NCBI RefSeq assembly: GCF_009914755.1
Contig: NC_060927.1
DNA length: 64,000 nucleotides
Reading direction: 5' to 3' (one strand)
Source: the human T2T-CHM13v2.0 reference genome, Homo sapiens
In this document: in pieces, positions 40,838 to 55,031 of the stretch
Numbering within the stretch: position 1 is the stretch's first letter
How the letters are laid out: every line of letters begins with the position of its first letter
The notes under the pieces: model-generated
What the model was told of the DNA's origin: nothing
Databases searched by the model: none
Seen by the model: the letters and a program-made list of their open reading frames with translations, nothing else
Made by a program: the position numbers and the translations under genes

Positions 40838-41660
40838 TATTTATTTATTTAACAAACATTTGTTACTATCTTTTAGGAAATATGCTATTATAGGTGTTAA
40901 GAATAAAAAGATAAATGGTAATGAAACTTAAATTTATTTAGCCTAGTATAGTAAGGTAGAAGAAAACCTATGCACTAAATAATTATAATACACTATAAAA
41001 ATGTTTTTGTTGGAATACACATACACCCAGATATAACATATGTTTTTTTTTGGAATATACATACACCCAGATATAATATATGTGTGTACTTAATATATAT
41101 GGGTATATCTATACACAATTCTAAGAGAGCACAGAGGAAAGAAAATCAGTATTGCCTGTGCCTTATGAGGAATGCTGTAACAAGGAGGTTATATTTGAAC
41201 TGGGTCTTCAACGATAGTCAGACTTCATTTGGGGGGAGTTGATTTTATACAGTGAGGAGCAAACTATGCCAAGCTCTATGATTATAAAATAATATAACAT
41301 GTCTAAGATACAGCAAAAAGTTTTATAGACTACACTGTAAGAGATGGGGTGGGAGGATAGAGAGAGGTATAGCAAATAAGGCACCAGAGCTATGCTGTGC
41401 ATTGTAAGCCTGCAGTTTATGCTTGCCTAAGGGCTCCATTTATTCCATACGCCCAGGGTGCCAAAACAGTTTTACTGCTGGTAAATAGATGACTTATTTC
41501 CATTTTAAGAGTAATAACTGAAGTGGCTAGAAGACTGTTTATAATATTTCACGTGACAGATATGAGAGCTTGAACTAAGCAGTAACAATGAGAAGAGAGA
41601 GAGAAAAACAGACTTTTAGAGACATCTCTGAAGTACTTTTGACAGGATTACAGTTAAAAG
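40838..41660 (-). mobile_element. L2 fragment, containing an about 40-bp tandem duplication at 41001-41079
   Basis: tatttatttatttaacaaacatttgtt tail; gaggttatatttgaactgggtctt; gcttgaactaagcagtaacaatg. Confidence 0.65.
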
Positions 41661-42953
41661 ACTTGCTGAACACTGTTACCATTAAGTGACATAAAAAACA
41701 AAAGCAATTTTCTTTTCTGTTTTTATGTGCTATGAAATCAAGCAAATCACCTTTAGTTTTATTCTTAAAATTTGAAATACAGTACTTAGTGGTTCTTTGT
41801 AATCCATATGAGACCCTTTCCAGATGACAGACATTAATTGATTAGTTATTGAATAAAGGAGCATATCAATGTAAACATGTTTGTATACATTTGCAGTTTT
41901 AAATTTGAAAATAAGATAACTGTGTTTTTTAAAGTTCAAATATTTGACCACATATCCTGGCTTCTTGTCAGGTTAGGATAGAGCCTCCTGAGTCATTAGC
42001 TGTGTGATCTATATTGTACTATATTGCCAGTACCTTTTGGCTCATCACATAGCTTGGTACTATCTTGCTGATGCTTAATGCTATTTCAGTGTCATGTGAC
42101 GAAATTGAACATGCTGCATAATTAATAGATTTAATAAATATATGATACCTATATTCTAAAACATTTGTGAAACTCAAAAAATTGTCAGTTCAATGCTGGT
42201 CACAAGAGAGTCAAAGTGTAAGAGTTTTCTATCCAAAAAAATTCTGACCAATCTTATATCTTGTTTAGGGATCATCTATAGGGAAGTATATGCATGTATG
42301 TATGTGTGTATATTTCTGATTGGAACATTTTCTCATCTCATGTAATTAAATACTTAACAATTCTTTAAAGACCATATTAAATGCCACTTTTTGTAGTTTT
42401 CTCTCATCTGAATATGTGCACTTTGTTAGTTATCTGAATCACTGTAATGTTTTTGCCTCTCAATTGAATTTACAACAATTTCTGTTATATTTTATTTAAC
42501 TATTATCTAACTAAAACATTGCCTGAGAGTTAAAACAACATCAGATTCAACTTTTTATTGTCTATAAAAATATCAAATGCATTTTTCAAAGATAATAATG
42601 TATGAAATTTGGCTTTTAAGATTATTAGAACTCTCAAGAAAACCAAACAGCATTGAGAATAATAATACAGCTTAAGGCATCTATTACACATTTGCAAAAA
42701 AGAAAAGTCTTTAGTCATTTCTATGTCTTATATACAATATTAGTAGGTAATGTGTGTGGATGTTATTTCATGATTTGCACATTTAATTATTATATCATCA
42801 AATTTTGAAAGGTGTATTCAACAATAGTACTTTCATGATTATTGAACATTCACACTTGACTAAACAAAATATTATGCCAAAATTGTTATACCTTGGAAAA
42901 ATGAAATGTTACTGTTCACTTAAAGCATACTTCTTTAATTGTCCATGAGTTGA

Positions 42954-43337
42954 TGTCTCAGTTTATTTGAGCTGCTATATCAAAATGCCAGAGACTGGGT
43001 GGCTTAAAAGCAACACACATTTATTTCTCAGCGTTCTAGAGGCTGGGAAGTCCAAGATCAAGCCACTATGATCAATCTGATGATTGAGTGTCTGGTGAGG
43101 GCCTTCTCCTTGGCTTATAGATGGCTGTCTTTTTACTATATCCTCACATGATGGAAATGACAAAGGAGATCTCTGAGTTCTCTTTTATAAGGGCACTGGC
43201 CTATTCCTGAGAGCACCACTTTTATGACCTAATCACCTCTCAAAGATCCTACCTCCAAACACCACCACAGCAGAAATTAGGCTCCAACATGTGAGTTTGG
43301 TGGTGGTGGGTGAGGCACAAACATTCAGTCCATAGCA
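42954..43337 (-). mobile_element. MLT1A-type solo LTR
   Basis: tgtctcagtttatttgagctgctat...acaaacattcagtccatagca; TSD gttga/gtcaa. Confidence 0.87.
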
Positions 43338-43869
43338 GTCAATAATTGTTGAAAATAGGTGACAGATAGATGTTAGTTCATAGTACTATTTCTTCTACTT
43401 CAGTGTATCTTCAAAAATTTTAATAGTAAGTGTTAAAAATAACTGTTTACCTAAAAGGTTTTGATGTGACATGTGTGTATATCACTTCATTCGCCTTAAA
43501 TAGATTAGAATATCATTCATATTTCTTCAACTACTCTGGAATCTATGGTTTAGTTTGTAAGATACAATTTGGTGATAGACACAAATCAGTAAACTGAAGA
43601 AATCAATGTGAAGATATTAATACCTATGTAATGCTCAGAAGGCTTTAAACATTTGTATGTCACCAATATGGTAAAAATTATTTATATATGTATATACTCT
43701 TCAGGAATTACTTTAGAGACAATCACAATGTTACATGTAAATTCTATAAAAATGTTTTAAGATAACACACACTTATTTTTCTTAGGGAAATAAAGGTAAT
43801 TAAGAGAATTAAAAGAATTAACAACTCGAAAAAGATTTAAACAGGTGGAAAAATATACTGAGACAGAAA

Positions 43870-45230
43870 TTTTTTGTATCCTTCAAATTGTTTTCTCTTC
43901 TTAATTAACCCACAGCTGGGTGACATTGTCCAGCATCCCTACACCATCCAGGTGTGGTCATGTGACTGAATCCAAGTGGAAGGATTGCTGCATACAAAAT
44001 TACACCACTTTCAAGCCCACCTCATTGTAGTAGTCTATTTTCTGTTGCTTATAAAAGAACACCTGAAACTGAGTAATTTATAAGAAATGGAATTTACGTT
44101 TTACAGTTATGGAGACTGAGAAGTCCACAGTCAAGGGGCCACAGCGGGTGAGAACCTTCTTACAGATGAGAACCCTCTGAAAAGTCCTAAGGTGGTTCAG
44201 GGTATCACATGACGAAGGGGCTCAGCATTCTAATGTGCTAGCTCAGGTCTCTCTTCTTCTTCACCAGTTCCTCTCCCATGGTAACCCATTAATCCATTAA
44301 CTCATTACTTCATTATCTCCTTAATCCATGAGTGAATTAATAAATTCATGCAAACAGAGCCCTCATACTTCAATCACCTCTTAAAAGTCATCCCCCATCA
44401 TTGGGAATTAAGTTTTAACATGAGTTTTGGAGAGGATATTCAAAACATATTACCAATAAACTATTTACCACATCATACCCTGTCATGCTCTCTGCCCATC
44501 TATCAACTAGATGTTGACAGTCAGGTAAACCTTGTTGTCCAGTTGAAGAAAATAACATAATGGCCAGCAGTGTTGGTTCCTGAATCATTGTGTAGAACCT
44601 GTTTGCCTCTATCACCACTCTCTCTGAAGTCTATCAATGTAACCCTATACTGAACAATTAGATGAGCAAAAAACTAAACTTCTATTGTGTTAAGCCTCTG
44701 AAAGGTCGAGGTTTACTTGTCTTGGCAATTAGTATCCTTTAATAAAGCAATTGCCAGCTTTTACTAGAGTACTATTATAACAAAATCTCTAACATGTGTC
44801 TCTGTGTTAGCTCTTAGTTGATGGGCACAGAAGAAACAAATATAGCAAGTTGGGAGGCTGAAACAAATTGTTACTGCTTGGTAACACATTTGGTTAAAAT
44901 TTTCTTCAATAATAAATTGGAAGGCATACCATGTGCCTACTGAGTTGCAACTCTAAGGAAATATGGTTGGAAAGATCCATGGTTAGTTGTGTGTTTCTGA
45001 TTATTGATTACCTTTACAAGGTATAAACCAAAAGAAATGAGCTTGGCAGGAATTGGCCAAGAAGAAAGGAAATAGAAAAAATCCAGAAATGAAGGGCCTT
45101 AGAGGATTGGGAAAGACAGCTGACAAAAAGTAAATAATAAATTTGAAAACAGATTTCAGTCTTTGCAAGGTGTTTTACAAAATATTATTTTTATACATAA
45201 TAATTATACTGGGCTTTGGGGAAAATGAAA
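43870..45230 (+). mobile_element. Old MLT1 (I/J-like) LTR plus probable MLT1-int, split by an MST LTR
   Basis: ggtgtggtcatgtgactgaa; aaacttctattgtgttaagcctctga at the LTR end; MaLR-int-like text after 44745. Confidence 0.5.
44026..44452 (-). mobile_element. MSTD/MSTC-type solo LTR
   Basis: tgtagtagtctattttctgttgcttataa...aacccattaatccattaa...catgagttttggagagg. Confidence 0.8.
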
Positions 45231-45285
45231 GGCAGAATTTAGGAAGTTCATCAAATTTTAAAAAGTGAGGTATTTTTGTGTGTGT

Positions 45286-45928
45286 GTGTGTTAGTTTTTC
45301 TTATTGTGTGATACATTACCACTGACAGAGCAGCTGAAAGCAGCACCCACGTATTAGCTCATAGTTCAGTAAGTCAGTTGACCATGGCATGACTGCGTTC
45401 TCATTCTCTGCTCAGGGTATTGTTATAAGACTGGAATAAAAGCATTATCCAGTCTGAGTTCTCATCTGGATGCTCTAGGTGGGGAAAATGTTTCCAAGTT
45501 TATTATTTGTGCCAAAATTTAGTTTCTTGTTGTTGAAGGACTGAGGACTCTATTTACATTCTGGCTGTCAGCCAGAGACCACTGTCAGCCTCCACAGGGC
45601 ACACACTTTCCTTGCCATGTGGCTACCTCTATCCATGTAAACAATGACACATTATTTCCTACTTGCGCCTCAAATCCCTGAATTCCATTTTTGCAAACAG
45701 CTGGAGAAAACACGTTTTAAACATGTTTTAAAGGCCTCTCCTAACTAGGTCAGGGTCCCTGGATTATTTCCCCAACCTTAAAACAACAGATTTGGAATCT
45801 TAAATGCAACTTCAAAAGCCCTTCACAGTAATACCTAGACTAGTATTTCATTTAGTAACTGGAAGAAAGTGTGTGTACACCAGGGTCCTGGAATCTTGGG
45901 GAGCCATCTTATAAGTCTTCTTATCACA
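45286..45928 (-). mobile_element. MLT1E-type LTR
   Basis: tattagctcatagttc...gaaggactgagg...ggaatcttggggagccatctta...atcaca. Confidence 0.7.
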
Positions 45929-46281
45929 CTGTGGTCATAAAATTATTAAATATTGTCCATATACTATAGTCTTTCCAAGTTGGCTCATATTCTACATTTA
46001 TGTATTTATTACATGCTTTCAGACATTCTATAGTAAAGAAACTATCTTAGATTTATTTGTGACCACCATTCTTTTGTCTCATTCACCTATTAAAACATGT
46101 CTTCATCACCCACTAGGTGGGCCGTGGGAACCTCTTCTCTAGATCAACTTTCTATTTGCTGAAGCCATGTGTATGAGTGGTTAAGAAAGGGAGGAAAATT
46201 AAATTATTATTATTTTATTATCATTATTAGGGATATATTTATTTCTTGGAGTCCAAGATAAAAGGTTTCTCTTATTGTGCA

Positions 46282-46372
46282 AAAATAAAATAAAATAAAA
46301 TAAAATAAAATAAAATAAAATAAAATAAAATAAAATGAAATAAAATAAAAAAATAAAATAAAATATAATAAA
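46282..46372. repeat. (TAAAA)n pentanucleotide repeat
   Basis: Directly visible. Confidence 0.97.
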
Positions 46373-46966
46373 ATGCCCCAAAATTTCTTGTGCAGCTTTC
46401 TAATCCCCCAGCAGCCATAACTTAGAAATAGCTCACTGCCATTATTGTTTTCATAGATTTTTTTCTCTCAATTTTATTTTTTATTCCTTTTTTTTCTAAC
46501 CACTGATTTGTCATAGCCTCATCAACTTATGGCATAAGATAAAAAAAATTTAATTTTGAGAGTCTATAAATAGTGATTGAAAATGTTGCCAGGGACAATT
46601 ATTCTCATCTCATCACAAATACTTCTAACTTGATTTACATTTAACTTTAAACATTTAAGTGTCTAATAAATATGACATTGAAACAAACTATTAATTTATC
46701 ATCAGAATGATGTTACATAATTTTATTCAAGAATATGATCGTTCACTTTGATTTAAATAAAAGATCTAAACAGAAATGGAATGTTTCTCTATACATAGCA
46801 AGTAAATATTTCGAAATAGAACAACCTTAAAGCAGAGATAATTTTTACATAGAGAACTAGATTTTTATCTTGAGACTGTGTTTTCTTCTCTAGATAAATA
46901 AGTGTCTTTCTCTGTAAAGGAAGATTTTTGTTACTGCCTTATATCCTTGCTATTCTTTTTGACTAT

Positions 46967-47346
46967 TGTAGTAGTTCATTCTCACACTGCTATGAAAAAA
47001 TGCCTGAGACTGGGTAATTTATAAAGGAAAGAGGTTTAGTTGACCCACAGTTCTGCATTGCTGGGGAGGCCTCAGGAAACTTACAATCATGGCAGAAGGC
47101 AAAGGAGAAGCAGGCACCTTCTTCACAGGGCAGCAGGACACAGTTAGTGCAAGCTGGGAAAATGCCGGATGCTTGTAAAACCATCAGATCCCTTGAGAAC
47201 TCACTATCACAAGAACAGCATGGGCATGGGGAAAACACCCCCATGATTTAATTACCTCCACCTGCTCCTGCCCTTGACATGTCGTGATTATGGGGATTAC
47301 AATTTGAGGTGAGATTTGGATGGGGACACAGAGTCAAACCATATCA
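46967..47346 (-). mobile_element. THE1D (or MSTA) solo LTR
   Basis: tgtagtagttcattctcacactgctatg...gggacacagagtcaaaccatatca; TSD actat/actaa. Confidence 0.85.
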
Positions 47347-47929
47347 ACTAATAAGAGGAAACAGTATCACAGGACATATTATAAATATCTCAGGGCCTGA
47401 ACATTTGAGTAGTAATTGGTTATCAATGAATGTAGGGACTTGACATCCAAACTAAGCCTCTAGTATTTAAGTTAGAAGTTAGTTAGGATACAGTTCTCTC
47501 CACGTATGTAAAATAGAGAACAAATTACTACAAGGAAAACAAAATATTGCTTTCCAGTGTTCTCAAAATGATAAATCTAATTTCCAACAATACTAGAAAT
47601 CTATTATACTGGTGCTGTGAATTGTTACTACAGTTTATATTACAATTTTAAGTTTATCTATGGTTAATCTTCTTTTAAACACAGATCAATTTACCTCAAA
47701 TTGCCTGTTGGGGCCATGGCTAGCATGCTTGGAAAGTCCAACAGAGTTAAGAGTAAATTAAGGATGTAAATAGTTTGCATACAACTCCTATCCTTTATCT
47801 TTTAGAAATGTTACCCATATTCAACCAACAGAGGGAAAAATGAGGTCTAAGAAGGATGAATTGCCAGATTTTATTAAGTTGAAGTATGTGGGGTGCATTG
47901 CTACCATTCAAGCACTCACATTTCGTTAG

Positions 47930-48065
47930 CTCACTCATCTGGCGTGATTCCATTTTTATGTCCTAAACTCTCTAGACTGAATGAATGCATGACTGCTATA
48001 TCAGGCAGCCTGTGCAAAATACTTGACTTCAGCAAATCTTTGACAAGCACCATTCATTAATCTTT
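47930..48065 (+). mobile_element. Probable CR1/L3 LINE RT relic
   Basis: cttgacttcagcaaatctttgacaag (48022-48047) reads as the LDFSKAFDK motif with a 1-nt loss. Confidence 0.45.
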
Positions 48066-48439
48066 GTTTCATAATTCTCACCAGTATGCACACCCTGCTT
48101 TTCTGTTCGTATCTGCAGGTAAATTGGTTTTTCAGAAAATGAAGAGGTCAGCAGAAGATGTTGGAGCATACATTTTTCTGTTGAAACAAATCAGTAGATT
48201 TGGACAGCAATGTCAATGGTTAAAATTAGTAGAACTTGCCCATTTTTCAACTGAATCATCAATTTATATTAGCAGCAATATTGTTTGGGTTCCCATGTAG
48301 TAACAAAAATAAACTTACTTATACTAAAAGTATGGATAACTCTTAGCTTACACACACTTAACGCCTTAAAATATAGTTACAAACAACAGACTTCAGCTGT
48401 CATAAATGTTATTAGTGCCTAATTTTTAGGTCCAAAGGT

Positions 48440-49720
48440 AAGTTATCAGATTTATCTTTCCCATAACAGTGAATTAGGTACTTGAACAAATCCACATGAT
48501 AAGAACAAATAGAAAAACTGGAGAGTATATACAGAAAATATATGTTGTAAGATATAGAGCTACCAGGGTAATAAAAGTCTGGATCTGTGAGGAAAAACTA
48601 AACAAAACAATACTTTTATCTAAGTATTTGAGGCCCTAATTTACTTAGCAGGCTTAGAATTTTAGAGGAAGTTTGAACAGACTTACAAGGCTAGGGGGAC
48701 AAAAGTTGGAATTTAGGATCTACCAGGGACTGGGAGCCCTGATGGACCTGACAAGTATTACAGAGGTCACCCAAAGAATTATAGCTTAGTAGAAGATATT
48801 CAGATAAACAAACCCTTAGTAAGACAGAAACACAGCTTCAAATTGTCACAAATGTAGAATGATTAAATTGATTTGGAATTGCTCTTGCCTTAGCCCCCTG
48901 GCAGAATAAAATACAAATGTTCTGTGAAGAACACTTCATCCAGAGCTCAAAACATCTCTACTATTTTTATCTACAATACCTAGCACTTAATCAAAAATAA
49001 GCATGCTTATTGAGCAAGAAAATGTAATATTAGAGACAGACTCAGAGGGAATCTAGATTTAAAAAAATCAGATCTGGATTTTAAAAGGTAAGACTACAGT
49101 AATATATTAAAGAAAATACGAGATGAGTTTAAGAAATTTGATACATATCTTTCAAAAGCAACCAAATGGAAATTCTAGAGCTGAAGATTATAAATAACAG
49201 AAATTAAAAAACTGAAAGGTGAGATTAATACATTAATCACAGCTGGGGAAAATGCAAATGGAAATATGGGTCAGAAGAAATACTCGTAATGAACCATGAA
49301 TAGGTTGAAGGAAAGTATACATAAAAAGTGTACAAGAGACATAGAAGATATAAGTATGACTGGTTTGATAACTATGATAGGTTTATCATACTTGTAATTG
49401 AAGTATTTGAAGGAGATAGAGAGAAAATAAAATAGAAGCAATACTTGGTGACATTATGGCTGAGTATTTTCAAAATTTTGGTTGGAGATATTCAGCAACA
49501 ACACTATGGAATCAAGGCAAGCTGGATAAACATACAGCAAGGCATATCTAGGCCAAGCATAGTAATTCTGTTGAAAGCGTCCTTCCCTCTAAAACAAAAA
49601 GAAAACAAAACAAAGCAAAACCACAACAAACAGGAAAAATGGTTTAAAATAACCAAAGAATGAAAAAGCAACACTAAAGCTAAGAGCTGACTCTTCAATA
49701 AAAGCCAGAACTATTATAAT
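48440..49720 (+). mobile_element. Old L1M/HAL1 5' and ORF1 fragment
   Basis: aaccaaatggaaattctagagctgaagattataaataacagaaattaaaaa is typical ORF1-type text. Confidence 0.6.
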
Positions 49721-50225
49721 ACTTCACCTCTTCCTGCATAATTTGCAATGCAATTTCTGTCCTATTTTCATAAATAAGTCAGGCTATTTATTTGTACTTG
49801 AGCATAAATACAATAATGTTTTATTTAATAAAATTTTGTAATAGATCATCTCACTCCTTGTATTTCTTTCATGTCAAAAATTTGCTTATACTTGGCTCTT
49901 TGTTCCAGCACTTAAAATACAGAATTAGCTTGCCAACTTCCAAATAATACCCAGTTGTGATTTGACTAAAATCAAAGTGAATACCCAAATCAATCTGTGG
50001 AATGCAGATATTGTCATAGTACTGAGTTTCCCAAAAAGATGTTTATATAATCTTTAATTCCTTACAATAGAGCTCTTGTATATCTTTGTTGGATTTATTT
50101 CTAAACGTGTCTATTTTTGAGCATACGATATGAGTACTTTAAGTTGTTTTCAACGTTTTTTGGTAAAAAGAAATGGAGTTGGCACGTATTTAGGGCCCTT
50201 ATAACAAAATACCTTGCTTAACACC

Positions 50226-50514
<289 letters not shown>

Positions 50515-50571
50515 TAAACATCCTATTAAACAAAATATAAATGGTAGGGACTTTTTTTTAATGTATAGTTT

Positions 50572-50813
50572 CAGATCTACTCAAAATGTGACTTGTGGAC
50601 TGAGGCTGTTCCACCCAGCGTACACTGCTCATCTGCAAGGAAGTATGTGAAGAAATTCAGAATAAGCATAGCAAAATTTTCATAGAAATGTAGAATTGTC
50701 ACAGCATCTTAGTGTATTATTAGTGTATTATTATTATATTTTACAAAAAAAGGGTCATAAATGGTTTATCAAAAAACTTCTGGCCCTTTACCACAGGTCA
50801 TTTGAGAAGTGTG
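50572..50813. mobile_element. hAT-Charlie-type MITE
   Basis: Degenerate TIRs cagatctactcaaa / tttgagaagtgtg. Confidence 0.55.
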
Positions 50814-51945
50814 AATGTTAATACCATATGCTGGAAAAGACAGCTTTGTTTACATTATTTCCCAGTTTTACTGGTTCATCTTTCCTGCAGTGGTGACTGA
50901 TTGCCCCTTTCCTACTTGCAACCACAGAGGGAGACTATCTTCAATTTCCCATCCACGGATTCTATATTGCCATGTGAACCCTTACTCAGCTTTTAGTAAT
51001 TCATTAAAGTATTGGTTCTTTTATTCTTATGTACTTGATGGTGGCCACATATATCTCCAGTTGGTCTCTCCTTGGCTTTCAGGTTATATTGCTGTTCTGT
51101 GATCTTCGCTCTGATATGGGTTAAAAAGAAGTTATTACTTTATAGTTCTCGTAGCTTTTTCCCTTCCATAGTTCAGAGAGGAGTGATGCACTTGTCCAAT
51201 TATGTAAGTTTACACACTATTCTGGCACTTTACCTCTCTTATTTAGTCCAAATCCAACAATTAAATATATTTAATGATTATCCACAAACCTCATGCTGAA
51301 GCTTCTTCTCAAATCCTTTTTTGTTGTCTGAAGGTCATTCTCTAAGAGTTTCTCAAGAAGTTCTCATGGGAACAATTATTCCTGAGTTCTTGCATTTTCA
51401 TAACCGTTCATAGCCATTGTGCTTGAAGGAGAATTTGGCTGGCTACAGCGTCTTTGATATGCTTTCTGTTTTTGAAACCATTTTTAAAAGTTTCCCTATT
51501 GCTTTTAGAAGTGTAATGAAAATCTATTGTAATTTTCTGCCTTTTCTTTGTCAGGATATCCAAGAAATGATTGTTTATCTTTATTTTCCAACAGTGTCAC
51601 TAGAATATATCTCAGTATTCATAATAGTGATTAAAATTTTTAGGTGTAGAGTGTGGCTTCCTAGGATGGCAGTTATTCTTTTTTAGCATAGTACTATTTT
51701 TTAGTTTACATTGTTGCTGTTATAAATAATCTGTCCACCTAATGCAATCCTTTCAAGATTCCTTTTAAGATGGTCTCTCCCCCCACCCAGAATTCTGCTC
51801 CTTTTAAGAATTTGTGATTGCGTTTTATTTTCTGCAATATTATTACAAATGTCTACGCGTAGATTTCTTTTCTAATTGTTCCCGTTTAGAGTAAATTGGG
51901 ATCTTTGATTCTATGGCATATAGTTTTCATCAGTTCTGAAAATAG

Positions 51946-52335
<390 letters not shown>

Positions 52336-52728
52336 TATTCCTACTGTATTTTTCATATGTTTAAATCTGTGTTTTCAATTTGGAATAAATTTCATTGACT
52401 TTTTTCAGCTTACTAATTGTGTTTTCAGTTTTCTCTAAATAGTCGTAAAATCAGTCTGTATTATTTTAATTTTAGTTAATATGTTTTTTACTTCTAGGTG
52501 ACCTTTGTGTTTATAGATTTGCTTCTTATTCAAATGTACCTAGATCATTCTGATAATCTCTTTTCTGTCAGAAACTCTGACTCAGGATATGTATTTTCTT
52601 GTCAACTTAATTTTTTGTTAATATTCTATTTTTAAAAATGAATCTTGGAGATTATTTGAAGGCTTGACTTAAAGTTTTGTGGGGTTTTTTTTTTTTTTTT
52701 TTTTTTTTTGAGACTGTTTCTGTTGTTT

Positions 52729-52890
52729 CTCTCAGGTAAGTATAGCAAGGGCCTGACTAGGACCACTTCCAGCTCAATGTTCATCTTGTTATTTCAGCAC
52801 TACTTCATACATTCTGGTATCAAGCAAGTTTGGAAGCAGAATGTAGTTAAGAAATCCCGGGAGACATATTTATATTTTTTCAAGAAAGTG
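52729..52890 (+). repeat. 162-bp dispersed direct repeat, copy 1
   Basis: Aligns without gaps to 54650-54811; 8 mismatches by manual count. Confidence 0.95.
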
Positions 52891-54649
52891 TCCCAAACAT
52901 CTCCTTCTGTATTTTAGGATTTTTTGAGACATACTCAGTTGAAGGTAAAGCCTTCCCAGAGTTCCAACTTTAGAAAGATCTTTTTGATCCAATCCCCTGT
53001 CTAGACTTTGCCCTGTTGATAGTGCACAGACAGTTAAACCAAAGTTCCAGACCACCTCAGACCAAAGGTCAGCAGATGCTTCTAGAGCAATTTAGTGCTT
53101 TCTTATGTCTGTTGAATTGCATGTTATTTTCAATTTGGGGGATTCTTATTTTCTTATTACTCTATGCATTTTTTAAAGATGAATTTTAAAATTTTATCCA
53201 GCATACGTTGTGTTCCACATTGGAAATTTTTACCACTATGTGTAGTTTGGGATTCTACTTAAAATAGAAACATGATTGCCTCTTCTGCAGAGAACTTTTG
53301 AGATGGGATTATTAAATTAGAGCATAAATTTATTTGAGGTTTAGGTTTATAGAAATTTTACACCTTATTGGTCTGCATTTCTGCATAATGGGAGACATCT
53401 CACCTGCCCTCCTTGGGCCCACAGTTACATTTATAAAACCATTTTTTCCCCGTGACTTTTCATTGTAAAGAGCTGCTTATCTTCCAATTGTTGTTTCTGA
53501 CCCTTTTGTTTTTTGGGATTTAGATATTCTGTTCCCAATTTTGTTATTTTGGAAAACTTTCCTGAAAGAAATTACATTAACATTTGTATTAAATATTAAT
53601 AAAACAACTGGACTCAATATATGGAATTTATCATTTCTGAGGGAATAAATCTATTTAATATATCAAAGAATACATTTTCTATAACAGAAAGAAAGTACAA
53701 ATAGAATGAATATGTGTGATGAATTTGCAATGTCTGCCATGGTTCTTTTATTGTACAGGAACAGAGCAAAAATAATTCAAATTCTTCCATTGTGTTTGTA
53801 CTTCCCAGTGAGTAATACTATCTCTTCCATTTTTGTCTTTGGACTCCAGTGTATCTTTTATGTTAATTTATCATGTTTAATAGGTGAGAGGTTTGTGTTT
53901 TGCCTTAGAAAAGAACTGATAAAATTTGCATTGTACAATACCCAAGAGATGATGATGGCATTTTTTCTTGTTCATTTCATATTACAGTGTTCTGAAATGT
54001 ATTATCAATGGAACTCTACACAAAAAGACTATTTAAGAGATGATATTGTTCTTCATTACATAGTGATCTGTGACATACTAAAAGCATATGACTGCTCCAT
54101 GCTTTTAATTATTAAAACTATACCTATATAAAATGGATTTTAGCATATAGGAATTTCATTTATATTAAAACACAGAAGAAACTAATAATATAATTTAATA
54201 CTTACAAATTTCCAAAACTCCCTCAATTAAAGTATAATATGTTGAAATGCTATTGGAAAGCTTATAAAAATATATGACAATTTTTATTGGCAAGCTACTT
54301 ATTAAAATAGACTATAAATTGTTTTCTTCACGATATGTGTAACACTTTCTTATTAGAGATAGCTTTCGTATCTTTAAGTGAGCAGCTTTTCTCTTTTAAC
54401 ACATTTTAAGATGACTTATAGAATTGTTTTGAATTTTCTACCACTTAAGTTTCTGTTTTCTGGGTGGATACCTGATAGAAATAATCCATATCAAAGTATG
54501 TCTTATGCACTATTATTAGCTTACATTTATAGATCTTATACTTTACAAAACACTTAATTTTTGCATTATCGAATCCAGTTAATGTATTTATATTAATAGA
54601 TTCTCATGGAGATATAATATCCTAAATAACAGATGAAATTTTAAACACC

Positions 54650-54811
54650 CTCTCAGGTAAGTATAGGAAGGGCCTGACTAGGACCACTTCCAGCTCAACC
54701 TTCAACTTGTTATTTCAGCACTACTTCATAAATTCTGGTGTCAAGCAAGTTTGGAAGCAGAATGTAGTTAAGAAATCCCAGGAGACATATCTATATTTTT
54801 TCAAGAAAGTG
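54650..54811 (+). repeat. 162-bp dispersed direct repeat, copy 2
   Basis: Aligns without gaps to 52729-52890. Confidence 0.95.
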
Positions 54812-54840
54812 ATGGTTTATATATAAGAGCAAGCAGTTCT

Positions 54841-55031
54841 TTTTTGTTTTTAATTTTATTTTACTTTAAGTTCTGGGATGCATGTGCAGAATGTGCAGGT
54901 TTGTTACATAGGTATACATGTGCCATGTTGGTTTCCTGCTCCTATGAACCCATCATCTAGGTTTCAAGCCCTAGGTTTTAAGCATTAAGTATTAAGCCCT
55001 AGGTTTCAAGCATTAGGTATTTGTCCTAATG
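54841..55031 (-). mobile_element. Short L1PA8-like 3' end with internal scrambled duplication
   Basis: TSD aagagcaagcagttctttt / aagagcaggcaggtctttt. Confidence 0.9.

Noticed and set aside
48428-48444. Strong plus-strand donor caaag|GTAAGT
   Set aside because: No convincing upstream acceptor or open frame; lies at the edge of an old LINE.
52685-52720. PolyT + gagac as an Alu stub or retrocopy tail for the 162-bp repeat
   Set aside because: Only 5 nt of Alu match and no TSD; more simply an expanded T run in old L1/HAL1 sequence, and it is absent from copy 2.
53706-54131. 141-aa ORF in non-repeat DNA
   Set aside because: F/I/L/C/Y-rich composition typical of chance AT-rich ORFs; no recognisable domain or gene context.
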